Origin: Octopus vulgaris
Lineage: Eukaryota
Length of the DNA: 64,000 nucleotides
Assembly: GCA_951406725.2 (NCBI GenBank)
Contig: OX597819.1
Location: 83,266,001-83,330,000, forward strand
Direction of reading: 5' to 3'
Part shown: piece after piece, positions 1 through 63,289 of the stretch
How positions within the stretch are numbered: the first letter of the stretch is position 1
Layout of the letters: the number at the start of each line of letters is the position of its first letter
Program-made: the position numbers and the translations under genes
The notes under the pieces: generated by a model
The model's database searches: none
What the model saw: only the letters and a program-made list of their open reading frames with translations
Told to the model about the DNA's origin: nothing

Positions 1-1010
1 TATGTCTCATAAATCTGATGTGATAGACAAAATCTGATGCCAGTTTTGGATTCAGTACCACAAAATTAACTAAAAACCATTTATAAAACTTGTGTCAGAA
101 AACATATGTTGACATGTGTTGTCATTATACTCATCTTGCAATCGCACTGAGTGACCAACTGGGACATCTCCATAAACATTGTTATTGTGTAGAACACATT
201 ATATGTTGCGCTTAGAACTATTTAGAAATTATTGCCAATCAGTTGAACGGTATGATGAGCTTCCTAATTACTGGAGAATATTGTGGCAGAATACAAAGTG
301 TTTCTCTTCTGAAAAAAAATGACAAAAAACTCTGGTCTTGTTTTAGAAAATAAGAAACTTTTGCACTTTGGTTTAATAGATGTTTTTCTTGCAGCCTGCT
401 CGCTAGAACTTCTGCTGCAGTCTTGGAGAGCACCAAATCACGCACTTAATCATTCAGCTTTGTTTAGCTAAACTGTTGAATGTTCGATACCATAAGAGGG
501 GTCTTGGAATTCTGAAGTAATTTTTTGATCTTCATTACCATCCTCGTACTCTTGTTCGCTAGCTTCGTTTTCGAAAGACGAAAAATGGAATTGGAGGTGT
601 ATTAGAGTGCATGATAGGTCCAATTGCTGAAGGAATATTGGAATAGGATATTTTATGCCCATTTTTCTTGCTGGTGCCTATTGTATAGACCATACAAAAA
701 TAAAAGTCACTTGTGTGGTCCACTCACAAAGTATTTCCTCATAGTTATGACACACAACGTAAGGGCCCATTCTTTGCCCTGGTTTTCTCCTAACGGACCG
801 TTATCAGAAAGGAGATGATCATTTCTGCATAATATTTGGCGGGATTAGAAATTCATATATTATGAAGTAAAAGATAAACAGAATCAATATATCTAATCAT
901 TTTTGTTGTAATTGTGGCTTACTTCGAATGAAGTACTTTAGATTTTTGTTCTCTGGTAATCATGTATAGCACTGTTTCATTCTTTTCAGAAGTTGTCAGT
1001 ATGACGTAAC
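1..1010 (-). mobile_element. Decayed DNA transposon, Chapaev3 (CMC)-like transposase remnant
   Basis: Minus-strand fragments GKEWA.VVCHNYEE, HTSDFYFC...HKISYSNIPSAIGPIMHS and RDLVLSKTAAEVLASRLQEKHLL match my recollection of Chapaev3 transposases; frameshifted. Confidence 0.65.
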
Positions 1011-1356
1011 CAGGAATATATTAATTCAACATTTTATGAAGCGTGGCATTTCCTATAGTTGGAAAATAATTACAGTCTGGAAGAAATTCATGAAGCATTT
1101 TTTTCTCTTTTCTTCACAGAGCTTTAGTAATTTAGCAATCAAAAGAAAAGAAAGATAGTTCTTGGTGTCTAGACATCGGATAAGTGATTTTAGGGAATTC
1201 TATCTAGTGAAGGTGTCTTAAAATGGTCAATAGTTAGTTTTAACTACAAACTAAACTGACAAGCACATTTTGATATATTCTTTGAGATTGATCTCAAGAT
1301 GCTATTTCATAGCAGTAATCCCCTGATATGTAGTGGAAGTGGTATCTCTCTGTAAA

Positions 1357-1587
1357 GGCGGCGAGCTGGCAGATGCGTTAGCACGCCGGGCGAAATGCTT
1401 TGCGGTATTTCGTCTGCCGTTACGTTGTGAGTTCAAATTCCGCCGAGGTCGACTTTGTCTTTCATCCTTTCGGGGTCGATAAATTAAGTACCAGTTACGC
1501 ACTGGGGTCGAAGTAATCGACTTAATACCTATGTCTGTCCTTGTTTGTCCCCTCTATGTTTAGCCCCTTGTGGGTAATAAAGAAATA
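1357..1587 (+). mobile_element. tRNA-derived SINE family 1 (Meta/MESC-like core), full length
   Basis: GGCGGCGAGCTGGCAGA head, GAGTTCAAATTCC B box, TTTCATCCTTTCGGGGTCGATAAA core; 16-bp TSD ggtatctctctgtaaa at 1341-1356 and 1588-1603. Other copies near 14380-14900, 18460-18665, 23990-24460, 41720-42005, 45730-45910, 59790-60185, 62026-62430. Confidence 0.85.
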
Positions 1588-4170
1588 GGTATCTCTCTGT
1601 AAACGTAACTCTTTGAGCATTGTCAACAATTTCAATGGACTGCTTTTGAATTCACAGTCAGGCTCTTTCAAGTGCGTGTCTTCCTGTAGATATTATAAGG
1701 GAGATAATTATTGGATATTTAAATTTGAAATTGCGAAATTACAAGGAAAATTATGTACAGAATTCATATCTATTTATTTATTTATTCATTTATGAAACTT
1801 CTTTCAGTCACTATCTGCCAAATCCACTTATAATTCTTTGCTCGGCCCAGGGCCGTTGTAGAAGACACTTACTTGCCCCATGTGCTATACATTTGGATAA
1901 AACACATGATAAAGAAGATCACTTCTTAACGACATTGCCATGCTAATGTATTATATTGTTTGTATAATTTTTGTTGGCGCAAAACATCTCTAGCTTCTTT
2001 GGATTGATTAACTTTTGGTTAGCATGCTTGATTATAATTTATGATTATAATATCCTTTTTATAATTGGTACTTAGCCATAAATCGCACAAATCACTTAGC
2101 CATAAATCACAGTTAAAAATCAATACGCGCATATCTATATCCTGTTACACACACATACACACTACAGTAAAGAGATTGTTGAAAAATGCTTAAAATGCGT
2201 TGCTATAGACTACAGTCAGCTCCCTCAGTCCAAATCTATATTTACTTATTACTGTTCCACTATTTCCATTCTCTTTAGTCAATATCACTTCCTTAATTTC
2301 TTCTCAACGAAAATAGTTACATGAATTCCCAAATTCACCATTTGTAATCCTATTTAATTAAAACTTTGCTCTTAATACCGTCATACATGGTACTACTTGT
2401 TTTCACTAAGATTTCCTTCATTAGTTTACCTAAAGCAAGTCAGTTTACTGGAGCTTGTCTTTCTCTCTTACTAAACTATAATGACATTAAATAAATACAT
2501 GGACTCATACCTTTATTTAGACCTGCAGCTAAATGTTCCCTATGAGGGCTTTTTGATAGACTGCAACTATCAAGTTTGTGCAAGTAGGTAAACGAGTTTG
2601 TACTTACACACAAGTATATATGTACTTACATACAAACATGCTCCTTTTTTTTAATAAGTAGCCTTCATTGGTTAATCAGAAAAGATGCTCTTAGTGTTTG
2701 TTATTAAGTTGCTTATTACTGCTTTCATTATCAACTTATGCAATGGTTCTCTGCAGTCGCTATATATTTCATCTCATCAAAGAGAAATATAAAACCAGCA
2801 TGACAACATCAAACATCTTACAATGTTCATCCTTTTGTTGCCAATACAGTTACACTTCTTTCTCTCTGGAAGCATAAACGCACAATTTGTCATATTTACT
2901 CAAAACCTCAGAGAATGGGCTGAGTTTTGAGTTCTGAACGATTATTATCGATTTTTCTTTCAACGTTTCTAGAAAACTATTATTACGTGACATGGCAACG
3001 TTCTTGCCTTGCCCATTGAATTAATGTTTTCTAGCAATAAAAGTAAACTTGCAATTGAAAATATAAAGCAATCTAGGAAGGTAGATACCATTCTAGTTGA
3101 ATATATGAATCTTGTCAAACGTTTGATAATGTTCAAAATATAGCCTTCATTATACAAAAGTCTTTGTTATAACTAATCACTAGCAGGAAAAATATTTTCA
3201 TGCCTTCAACCATACTAAAGAGTCTTCTTGACTCTACTCATTTGCCAGCCACTTTGCAGAGTGTAACACGTGTGTTTTATTATGGTACAACAATCGTTAT
3301 GTTAGTTTGTTTTCCACAAGACTAAGTAGTTCTCACTACTCTATATTGTTTCCACACATTCATTCAAAATTGAGATTCAAGACAGAAAGGAGAGCGATGT
3401 ACCCGGGTGAGATATGCATTTTGTCATACATCCTCATAATAATAGATTAAATATGAAAATCATACTCATATCACAATACAATGCCCAAATAAACACGTAA
3501 ACAACACATGCAACAAAAAAAATTACGCTGTGGCTGCTAATAGAATGAGAAGCTAATGGTCAAAAATTTGATCAGAACAAGACAAATTATCACCTGATTG
3601 CTGACTTAGGAGCCTAATGATCAAAATAACACGTGAAACTTGATTGGCGATGGTTGGTACTGCTACCTACGGTTACTTTCAGGGTAAGAGGCGAAGAGAA
3701 AGAGGGTTTGCTAAGAATAGAAGGAGGGAAAAATTTTCCCTTAAGGGGAAAGAACAGCTCAGGAGGATCAGATTGTCTTAGGTGGGTCGATTCAGCCTAG
3801 GTTGAGAGTTCAGCAGGCAAAAGACCTCGTGTCAAGAAGTAGTGGGATCGCACCTGGGAATAGTCATCGGCTGGCAACCTGTTCAAATATAACGATCAAA
3901 ATAGCCTTTGACCAAAAAGTCAACATGAATTTAATCAGTATAGGAGAAACAATGAAGATGTCTAAAGTATTTCAATTCTTGAAAATAAGACTGTGAAGAT
4001 CTGAATTCCCCGAATACGCATTTGGGAACTTTATTGTTCCAAACTAGCTGTAAAAAATTAATAAGAAAATATGTAAAAAACGAAAGTAGAAAATTAAATT
4101 TGAACCCAGTCTTGTATCTAATGAAAAGAGAAAGCGGTAGTTGTCTTGGGAGAGATCTCTTTATAGACAT

Positions 4171-4501
4171 CTTCAGTCACGATACAGACCATGGGATTGC
4201 ACCTAGAACTTTACCCTTCCAGGCATAAGTCCGGGCACGGTTGTTTATGGAAAACCAGCAGTCGCCATTGCATACCAGCCTTCCCTATCCATGCCACCAG
4301 TGTTATCCAAGGGAAAGGCAAAGGCCGATACAGCTTGGCACCTGTGACATCACAACTAATTTCTACAGCTGAGTGAACTGGAGCAACGTGAAATAAAGAG
4401 TCTTGCTCAAGAACACAACATGCAGCCCGGTCCGGGATTCGAGCTCACGACCTCGTGATCGTAAGCTCGACGCTCTAACCACTGAGCCATGCGCCTTCAC
4501 A
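4171..4501 (-). mobile_element. tRNA-derived CORE-like SINE family 2
   Basis: Head GGCGCATGGCTCAGTGGTTAGAGCG, core TGTGTTCTTGAGCAAGACTCTTTATTTCAC; 11-bp TSD tttatagacat. Related copies near 29670-29918, 34940-35228, 49352-49650. Confidence 0.8.
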
Positions 4502-4642
4502 TTTATAGACATAATGTGTTTAAAAAAACACAACACGCTATATCCCTCATTCAGTGCCTGACTCTTCAACGATACTCGCATGTTAAACATATTATAGACA
4601 TAAAGATATTAATCTACAGCTACTTATATAGCATAATTCGAA

Positions 4643-4799
4643 TAGGCGTGGCTGTGAGGTAAGAAGTTTGCTTCTCAGCGACATGGTTCCTGGCTCAGTC
4701 CTTATATGTAGCACCTTGTACAAGTGTCTTCCACACTAACCTGGGTTCGACCAAAGCCCTGTGAGTGGATTCGATAGAAGGAAACGGGAAGAGGCTCGT

Positions 4800-4847
<48 letters not shown>

Positions 4848-4985
4848 TGTGTGAATGGGTTTGTCCCCATCATTGGTTGACAAGTGGTGTTGGTGTATTT
4901 GTCTCCATAACTCAGCGGTTCAATGAAAACTCCAATAGAATTTATACCATACATGGCTGCATTCCAATGACTGTAAAAAGAGAAA
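4643..4985 (+). mobile_element. SINE family 3 with internal microsatellite
   Basis: GGCGTGGCTGTG.GGTAAGAAG head, internal (TG)n or (TA)n. Copies at about 15420-15828, 17266-17745, 23580-23790, 47470-47605, 49670-49890, 52180-52335, 57060-57320. Confidence 0.75.
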
Positions 4986-5039
4986 AAGCACACACACACA
5001 CACACACACAGGTAGGTATGTAGATAGATAGATAGATAA

Positions 5040-5133
<94 letters not shown>

Positions 5134-5154
5134 GGACGGACGGAAGAATGGAAG

Positions 5155-5222
<68 letters not shown>

Positions 5223-5236
5223 TATAGATAGATAGA
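4802..5236. repeat. Compound microsatellites (TG)n, (CA)n, (ATAG)n/(ACAG)n
   Basis: Seen directly. Other large tracts: (TG)n 6634-6733 and 19425-19638; (TACA)n 9728-9915; (AAAG)n 10073-10146; (TAA)n 18167-18230; many (TA)n. Confidence 0.95.
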
Positions 5237-5839
5237 ATAACACTCAGACAAGTGAGTATATAAATTCACTAATATTGTCCAAGGGAAATAAATGTAGAGT
5301 AAATATATATATTAAGAGTTCTCTCCCTTAGATTATTTTCGTAGATATGGCTATAGCAATGTCTTTCAAACGTTTGTTTCCACCATTTCTATCTCGGCTT
5401 CTATCTTCTACCTTATTTTCTAATTTGTCGACTGAAAGGCTGCTGAAACCTATTATATTCATCTACACTTGAACACTAAGAAAGAGATGACCGAATAGCG
5501 ATTTGTGATAACTCGGATTTTATTAAATAAAGGTAGTAGTACACGTGGTACCTACGTAGATGTGTAGCGAGGACAAGTGTCGTTGCGTCGAAAACGCCAT
5601 TTGGTTATGTTTGTATATGTAGCGATCATTAAATTTTTGGCTTACCACACTAATTTCTTGCGCTTGGCTAAAATATCCATCACATTTGATTTGGTCAGTT
5701 ATGAGCCCTGTGGTGATTAGTTAAGTGTAGGGATCTAGTGTTTTTCATTCGCAAAATATGCATTTATTTTTTTAAAGGAACTAAAAGAATCTGAAAATCG
5801 GCTATTATAATGTAGCCTTCCAGTTTCATTGCTTTGAAG

Positions 5840-6263
5840 GGATCTTTTCGGTTTGAACGGCAGTTTTTTTAAATAATTTCCACGTAACTAAACACTTTTA
5901 AACTTCGTATAATGGTAGAATGTGTTTATAAAACATCTTTTTCTGTTGACTTTATTGAGAAAATTCTATGGTTTGTAAGATATTTGGGTTTTTTTCCTTC
6001 AATTTCTGCAATTTCAACCATTCAATGACGTCTATTGAGGTGAAAACTTTCTGTGCCGTATGAATATGGCCCTCGTTTAAGAAACAGATTTGGTTTATTT
6101 ACATTTCTGAAGAAAAAAAGATATCCTTCCCCCCACCCTAACCCTAACTAACCCTAACCCTAAAACAGATTGAAATGCAATAGATCGATACTAGGGTCAT
6201 AATTATGGGTGACAATTTCATATGACACCACTAGAAAAACTGCCGTTCAAACCGAAAAGATCC
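5840..6263. mobile_element. MITE with ~29-bp perfect TIRs and ~8-bp TSD (Merlin-like)
   Basis: ggatcttttcggtttgaacggcagttttt ... aaaaactgccgttcaaaccgaaaagatcc; flanks ctttgaag / ttttgaag; internal (TAACCC)n-like tract at about 6136-6164. Confidence 0.85.
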
Positions 6264-6632
6264 TTTTGAAGGTATGATGTTATAGAATAAAAAATTGAAG
6301 AATAAAGTTACAGAGGTTTAAAAATCGAAAAATAAATAGGTATTTTTTAGCCAAATAGCAAGACAGAAATTTTCTGTGTTTAGCGGAGCGGTGTCAACTT
6401 TGAGGTTGTACCCTGTGAATTTTATAGTTTAGCGTCTAACCTGTTCATTGTAGATTTCTAAATAAACAGAAATACCCAATAAAGTCAACATGTATCATCT
6501 CAGTTTCTTTTGCTTCTTCATTGATTGTATGTTTTTATCATTTTTTAAAATTTGTTATATAAATACATTTGTCTGCATGTGTTTACTTTATGCGTACTTC
6601 AGTATTATGTATACCTGGCATGTACATCATTA

Positions 6633-6730
<98 letters not shown>

Positions 6731-6757
6731 GTGAAAAGATAGCGTCTGTCTCCGAAA

Positions 6758-7416
6758 CTCCAAAGCTGAGTAACGTTTTCATGTTTGGATTTGTAAACTA
6801 CGATAAGAATAACACTGGTCAACAAAGAATTTGTCCCAAGGAAAAGAATACCTTGTATCTTATATGTTTTTACATGCAGAATTCAAAAATAATATCAAAT
6901 TATCTGTATCACCTACAGTTTCTCCAAAGCTGAGTAACGTTTTCATGCTTGGATTTGTAAACTACGATAAGAATAACACTGGTCAACAAAGAATTTGTCC
7001 CAAGGAAAAGAATACCTTGTATCTTATATGTTTTTACATGCAGAATTCAAAACTAATATCAAATTATCTGTATCACCTACAGTTTCTCCAAAGCTGAGTA
7101 ACGTTTTCATGCTTGGATTTGTAAACTACGATAAGAATAACACTGGTCAACAAAGAATTTGTCCCAAGGAAAAGAATACCTTGTATCTTATATGTTTTTA
7201 CATGCAGAATTCAAAAATAATATCAAATTATCTGTATCACCTACAGTTTCTCCAAAGCTGAGTAACGTTTTCATGCTTGGATTTGTAAACTACGATAAGA
7301 ATAACACTGGTCAACAAAGAATTTGTCCCAAGGAAAAGAATACCTTGTATCTTATATGTTTTTACATGCAGAATTCAAAAATAATATCAAATTATCTGTA
7401 TCACCTACAGTTTCTC
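6758..7416. repeat. Tandem repeat, 164-bp unit x 4, nearly identical copies
   Basis: Unit ctccaaagctgagtaacg...cacctacagttt starts at 6758, 6922, 7086 and 7250. Confidence 0.97.
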
Positions 7417-10072
7417 TGTTCCACGATATCCCTCTCAGTTCCTGTTACGTGTGCTAAATTTCAGTTAAGCTGTTGAAATGTGAAGCTAACGATTTAAGAA
7501 ATACTTCTAATTTAAATTTTTATGGATAAAATTAACCTAGTGAAATCATAAAACCAGCTATCTGAGTCAATGAGACCCAATAATATATGAAATGAAAAAT
7601 ATGTAAAAAATACTTTGTGTGAAAAATCAACATAGACAACAGCGGCACAGACAGTAGTGAACCACAACACAGCGTGCGGTTGTCGTGGTAACAAGCTGCT
7701 AATGTCACGCTGTCTGTTGATTGGCTAAAATTACCCAAATTTCTCAACTTTAATTCCAAATAACATCAGATTCTTTAATTTACGAGATAAAGTAATTGGT
7801 TGGTCGTAATCAAAATTCAAAGTTGCATCGATACACCAAAATTGAAAGCAATCTGAGTAAAATTAAGGGAGGGGGCTCATTTTGCGAATGAGAAAGACTA
7901 GATCCAAATGCACCACGTTTCACATAACATATTTTAAACGACAACTTCTGTATGTGTTCTACAGCCTCCTTTTCTCCATAAATTGGTTCGACCAACATTT
8001 TTCTATATAGGGGTAAGAACAGCCAGTGACGACAGTCGCAGGTATCAGTGGTCCAGAGAAGAATCGTCACAAAATGACAATTATATAAACAATGATGGGC
8101 TAAGCTTAACCGGATGATGGAGAAAGACAACCCTACAGAACTTGTTCATGTTTTCATTGTGTTTGAACTACTGTGCAAATTATTACAAGGCAATGAAGAC
8201 TCGAGGTTAATTTTCAAGATTGTCTCTCTTATTCATTCGTATTCATCGAACATGTGACATAATAATGAGCAATGAACAGCCCCTTCGTAAAAGATGTATG
8301 TATACATTCATACATGCGCCCGCGCACACGCACACACACGTATGATGACCGGAGTGGTCAGTCCGATAGTCGGACGTATGTAATTACTGCTTATACCATA
8401 TGGGAAAGTTGACCAACAGACTGCAAACACGATTACATACGATCATTTCAACATAAGTATTTACACAGCATCCTGCATATACACATAAACAAAACAGTCG
8501 AGCAACTTCCTTATGAAAAATACTCACGTGTTGCACGGTTGTAACTCTGTATGTCCACTTCGATACAATTATAGAAATGAAACAGCATGAAAGGAAAGTA
8601 AATCCAAGCCGTGTATAACTTTAAAAGGTAACCATGCAAAAGTTTGTCAAAACTTTTGATGAACAACATCATCATATTTTGTATTAGATATAAATTGAAT
8701 GCGAATAGACAGTGAATTCGCCATGCCTAAATACATTTGGCTCCTTCGCCCTAATCGTGACGATAACCACACTAAACGTTGGAATTATGAACTCGGTTAA
8801 CAATTATATGAATAATACGTTCAGTCTGACTAAACGCACTGGTTTCATGAAAAGATTAAAAAGTTTCTGGGAGTATCAAACATCCAAAATTAGACGTTAT
8901 GTGCACAAGCAAAACGTTAAATGAAGCAACGACCTAGTAAACCTATAATATACTTATTGTAGTGATATATCGAAATACAATTGTTTTGCTAGCAATTAAA
9001 AAGCAACCAGATGATAGCTTTCTCGAACAAACAATTAAATTGAAATCTTTCAAATTCTCTAAAAGTGATGTCAGAAGATATGCTGTGACAGATTCAAGAT
9101 ATCAACTTTAAAATCAGACCTTTTAAAACGAAGATTAAAAAAGAACTTTTTAAGTAATAAATGAAATAGTGAGAAACTAATGACTATTGCATTCTAACCC
9201 ACGCACGAGATTTACTATGTATCAATAATAAAACTGACAACATACCGCAAGTAGCTGGAGTTGCACAATAAAATCAGAAATGAACGTTTATTATTTTAGG
9301 TCCAATGATGCTTGTACAACACCTCACAGTCCGTCTCCGCCATCTTGACATGATCTAGAGACAAGCCAAGGCAAGACATCCATTGTCAATACGAGTCACA
9401 GGCTCAGGAAGAAGTTGGAGCAGCATAATCTCAAGCGCAAAAAATGTTCAGTGTCATTCCTAACATCTCAGGTTTCATATCAGAGTGACCATTTCCGGGA
9501 GACGTATTTTAACAAAAGTTGATGGAGTGCCTCTTCCCCAGTGGTCTCCCAGCACACCAGATACCAGCCGGAATTTCTGAGTGCCCATGCTATTGCTAGA
9601 AAATGATTGGACCTACTGGATTTCTGACAACCGCAATCACCAAGCATCGATAACACGACTATGCAACAGATTGTACTAGATTCGATGTTTCCAGTAGCTG
9701 TCATTACACACTTCACAAGTAACCTGACATACATACATGCATACATACATACATACATACATACATACATACATACATACATACATACATGCGTACGTAC
9801 ATACATACATGCGTACATACATACATACATACATACATACATACATACATACATACATACATACATACATACATACATACATACATACATACATACATAC
9901 ATACATACATACATGCGTACGTACACGAGTGGCATTAGCTACAACACAAACAGTGTTTGAAAGAGGGTGGAAAGGAGGAAAAGTACTTCTTCCTGTCCAC
10001 CCTCTTTCAAACACTCGCAGACACCAACACATACAGAAGCACAAAGAAACGTACCTCTTCCTTAAATAAATA

Positions 10073-10144
<72 letters not shown>

Positions 10145-10454
10145 AACTACATTAACACAACAAAAAGTGTATAAGTGTGTCGGGGCGGAGGTAAGAAACG
10201 ATATTGAGAAGCGCTTTAGACAAATCTGGGGTCACCAAGATATTTGTCGCTCGAGGGAAATATTTGATACGAATGAGGTGAGATTTCTAACTAGCGAAGA
10301 AAAGAGGAGGCATTATGTAACACTTCTAATGAGTGAAAAACTCATTTTCGACTGGAGAATAGTAAAAATAAAGGTGGTCTATCTGCATCAGAAAGAGATA
10401 TCTGCTAGGTAGTAGCGGCCGTTTTGCTTGATATCGAAAATATATATATATATT

Positions 10455-11440
10455 GTAAGGCCACAGGCTGCAAAAGAAAAGTTGATCTGGTCAAGGATGA
10501 AGGTCCATTTGCAGTCAGCATCCGCTGAGTTGAAGACAAGCATGTACCGACTAATGATGCGCTGGCTTAAACTAAGGCTTCAGCATCTCTAGCGTTTCTT
10601 TGTTGGTGAACAGGTAAGGTCACCATTTGTGAGACTTGCTTTTCAGTAGCTCATCACTTTGACAGAGGTGCAGACCAAGGTAGAGCAGCACCTGGCAACT
10701 TGGATGCACTCATAATCCTCTGCTTGTAGGGCAATACGGTTGGTGGATGTTCTGCAAGGGCTTAGTGGCGAGCAAAAGAGACGACATTCTCGGAAAAATC
10801 CAAGGCGTCATTGCAAATCAATTGGCTGGTCTTTTCCGGAGGACATTCAGGCCAGGGCCCATGAATAACTTCTAAAAATATATCTGGCTTAGCATTGCTA
10901 CAGGAGAGAACATTGAGAAAAATACTGCAGACATGGTATTGATGTAAGCCACACCTGTACGAAATAAACGTAGAACGACGAAACAACCCTGCACACACTT
11001 ATACTGTGTTCGAGCATTGCTGACTTGTGGAGTTATATTGAACACCTGCTGTCACATGTAGAACGGATCCGATTATCAGCCAACTCCATCGTGAAGATCA
11101 CCTTCCTTTGATCCACCGCCCTCTTTTGAACAAGAAAGGCCAACAGTTTTTCTCTGGTAACTATAGCCAAAGTGGTTGTGTGGTGGAAGTGACTAAGAGA
11201 GCTGAAAACAGGCACTTCCCACTTTGCTCCAGCCCCCATCAACTTTTTCAGGCTCCACTTGGAAAAGAAAGTGTGATTTAAGAGGGACGTACTGTCTCCC
11301 ATTAAATTTGTTGAAAGATATGTGAATGTAGCGCGAATGGCTCGAGAAAATAGACCCCCATGACGCCCTTGGTGAGTAGGGTGAGTCGGGAACTGTAGGG
11401 TTCTTTAGTCGCTCCTGGGTGACACACACCAATATTGTGG
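10455..11440 (-). mobile_element. Decayed LTR-retrotransposon (Gypsy-like) internal fragment
   Basis: GC-richer block with broken ORFs, starting on the minus strand with ...ACAATATTGGTG (PBS-like). No diagnostic motif is intact. Confidence 0.4.
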
Positions 11441-11910
11441 AATTTTATTGTTTATAATTGTATTTTTTTACACGCTTTTTTTAAGTGAGCCCAAACTATT
11501 CTTTATTTTGTGTGTGGCCCTTGTGACCAACAAAGAATGAATAATTTATAACATGTTTTTATTATTCCTTACACGTGAAAATACATTTAAAGAAAATGAT
11601 TCAGGATCTTTGGATAATTGAATTGGAAACATTCTATGCATAGTTCAATGCAAAAATATTGATCATCTGAAGATCCAACAAAGTGGTTGGTGTAGAACTT
11701 TTTCCTCCAGTTTGAACAAGATAGCAATGAATTTATTTTCTTAATTCTAAATCGTCTGTTATACATGTTGAATATTAACATGATACCATCCTAAGTGCTA
11801 AGTGCTAATTCGATCAATGTTTAAACAATTTTAGCAGCAAATATTAATTTAATCAATAGGTTAAAACGTTTCGAGCAGAGGCTGAAGGGATATTCATATG
11901 TAGTAATAAA

Positions 11911-11916
11911 TTTATT
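11911..11916 (-). promoter_or_regulatory. Candidate polyadenylation signal AATAAA of the minus-strand gene
   Basis: tttatt on + strand about 220 nt past the stop codon; the region is AT-rich, so this is not unique. Confidence 0.35.
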
Positions 11917-12132
11917 TTATATCAAAACATGTTAAAGAATGTGAAAGATATTTTCAGAAAATACGTGTAGCGTCGAAAAGGTAAGTTAGCAGTTGAAGCT
12001 TGTAACAATCGATGAGATAACGATTAAGTAAAAGTTAATTATTTATAATCATAATTACGCGAAAGTGACGCGTTAATTTTAAATGAATATGCCTGTATAT
12101 ATAACTCTCTTGGTTATCAATAATATTGGTGT

Positions 12133-61451
<49,319 letters not shown>

Positions 61452-62433
61452 CTGCAACTAACAACAATATGTGACCTGTATTATTCTGAACATAAAAATT
61501 TGTGATACACAAACACACACACACATGCAATAATTATTAGCGACGACAGAAATGTTACCAGTATCAAAAGGTAATCTTTATATCCAACTTTATATCCAAC
61601 GTGAATGTCTTGTTAGAACGCCGAATACTGCGTTAGTAGCCCTGAGAGATCCCCTCATATAAGGGCATAGTGCATAAAAGCGCAGACATAAATCGTAGTA
61701 GACGAGAATGGCGCCGGAACTCTTATATCAAGTGATTTCAATTTACTGGAATTAATCAGTCTGAAAACATACCAGCAATGCACTATGCGCCTGTATGAGA
61801 GGACATCTCAAGGTTAATGACACGATATTCGGCGTTCACTTCGGAATGGAGTAAGACCCTGATGATATTGCACCGACCATGATACCAGATCGCATATCAA
61901 ACAATGTGTAGTTAATGCAGTTGAAACGCGCGTAGGTTTAGTAAAGGATGCTGTAAATAACCGGTAAATAAAATTATGGATGTGAAAATCCCCGCTCTCT
62001 TCAACATTATGAATACTATATATAAGGCGGCGAGCTGACAGAAACGTTAGCACGCCGGGCGAAATGCTTACCGGTATTTCGTCTGCCATTACGTTCTGAG
62101 TTCAAATTCCGCCGAGGTCGACTTTGCCTTTCATCCTTTCGGGGTCGATAAATTAAGTACCAGTTACGCACTGGAATCGATGTAATCGACTTAATCCGTT
62201 TGTCTGTCCTTGTTTGTCCCCTCTGTGTTTAGCCCCTTGTGGGTAGTAAAGAAATAGGTATTTCGTCTACCGCTACGTCCCGAGTTCAAATTTCGCCGAG
62301 GTCGACTTTGCCTTCCATCCTTTCGGGATCGATGAAATAAGTACCAGTTTAGGCATTGGGATGAATGTAATTGACTATCCCCCATCCCCCAAAATTTTCA
62401 AGGCCTTGTGCCTTGGGTAGAAATAACTATTAA

Positions 62434-62467
<34 letters not shown>

Positions 62468-63289
62468 TGATTTCTTTTGCTTTTGTCTAACGAGATGCGC
62501 ATGGATTCATCGATCATATATTAGATTTTATTAAACGTGAGTTATTTGAACCATGTATTGTTGAAGCAATCTTAATAAAAGATTAGATGTAATGCAAAGC
62601 CCCCCATTTTTAGACTTTATACATATTTATGCACAAACACTCACATGCACACACATATACATACATGTATGTGTGTGATGGTGTGTGTGTGTTTTCGCGC
62701 ACGTGCGGACGTATTTATGGATACATACATATACACAAACATATGTAAAGTGATATCAATTACTGAAAATAAAGAGGAAAGATGTATTATCTTACATTGC
62801 TTGTTTAAGGATCCAATATTATTTCGGAGAAATATTGTCACTGTCGGACTATTTTAGATCTGCCGGTGACACTATATTTTTTCAAACCCTTTCTTTATGT
62901 TCTCTCTTGTAGTTGAAAAAGGGAATCGTTCCCGTAATTTTATAAGATCGTTTAACAACTTTCGTAAGGTCATACGATATGCATTCTCTTTATTTTCAGT
63001 TAACATCAGTTCGCATATTTTGCCTAATTTATTGTCTGCTCAGTCGGGGGTAGTAGTCGGTCATATAGATAGTCGTGTCTTACTTGTCTAACTAACTATA
63101 CTGCTATACTGGAGTGGACGTTTTAACAATCCAACTGTAGATTACATCAAATATATATTTTTCAAAACCTAATCACTGTTTTTTTCAAATAACTACATCG
63201 ATTTTTCTGTTCCTTAAACTTAAATACTTAAATTTAAATATTGCGAAACCTCACTATGGATTAAAGAAGAATATAAACACATTCTTTTT

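Larger units (their letters stand above)
5731..7905. mobile_element. Non-autonomous TIR DNA transposon (GGATC termini, Merlin-like) carrying a nested MITE and a 164-bp tandem array
   Basis: TIR ggatctagtgtttttcattcgcaaaat (5731) versus attttgcgaatgagaaagactagatcc (ends 7905); flanks aagtgtag / aaatgcac may be a decayed 8-bp TSD. Confidence 0.7.

Noticed and set aside
6136-6164. Telomere or chromosome-fusion scar
   Set aside because: Only about four imperfect TAACCC units, internal to a MITE.
6758-7416. Possible CRISPR-like array or repeated 88-aa ORFs
   Set aside because: The units are contiguous and identical with no unique spacers and no cas genes; the ORFs simply follow the 164-bp period.
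62796-62840. Candidate upstream exon (donor GTAAGA) for the gene's 5' end
   Set aside because: It has no ATG, no signal-peptide character and a poor acceptor; the real 5' exon is probably beyond the window.
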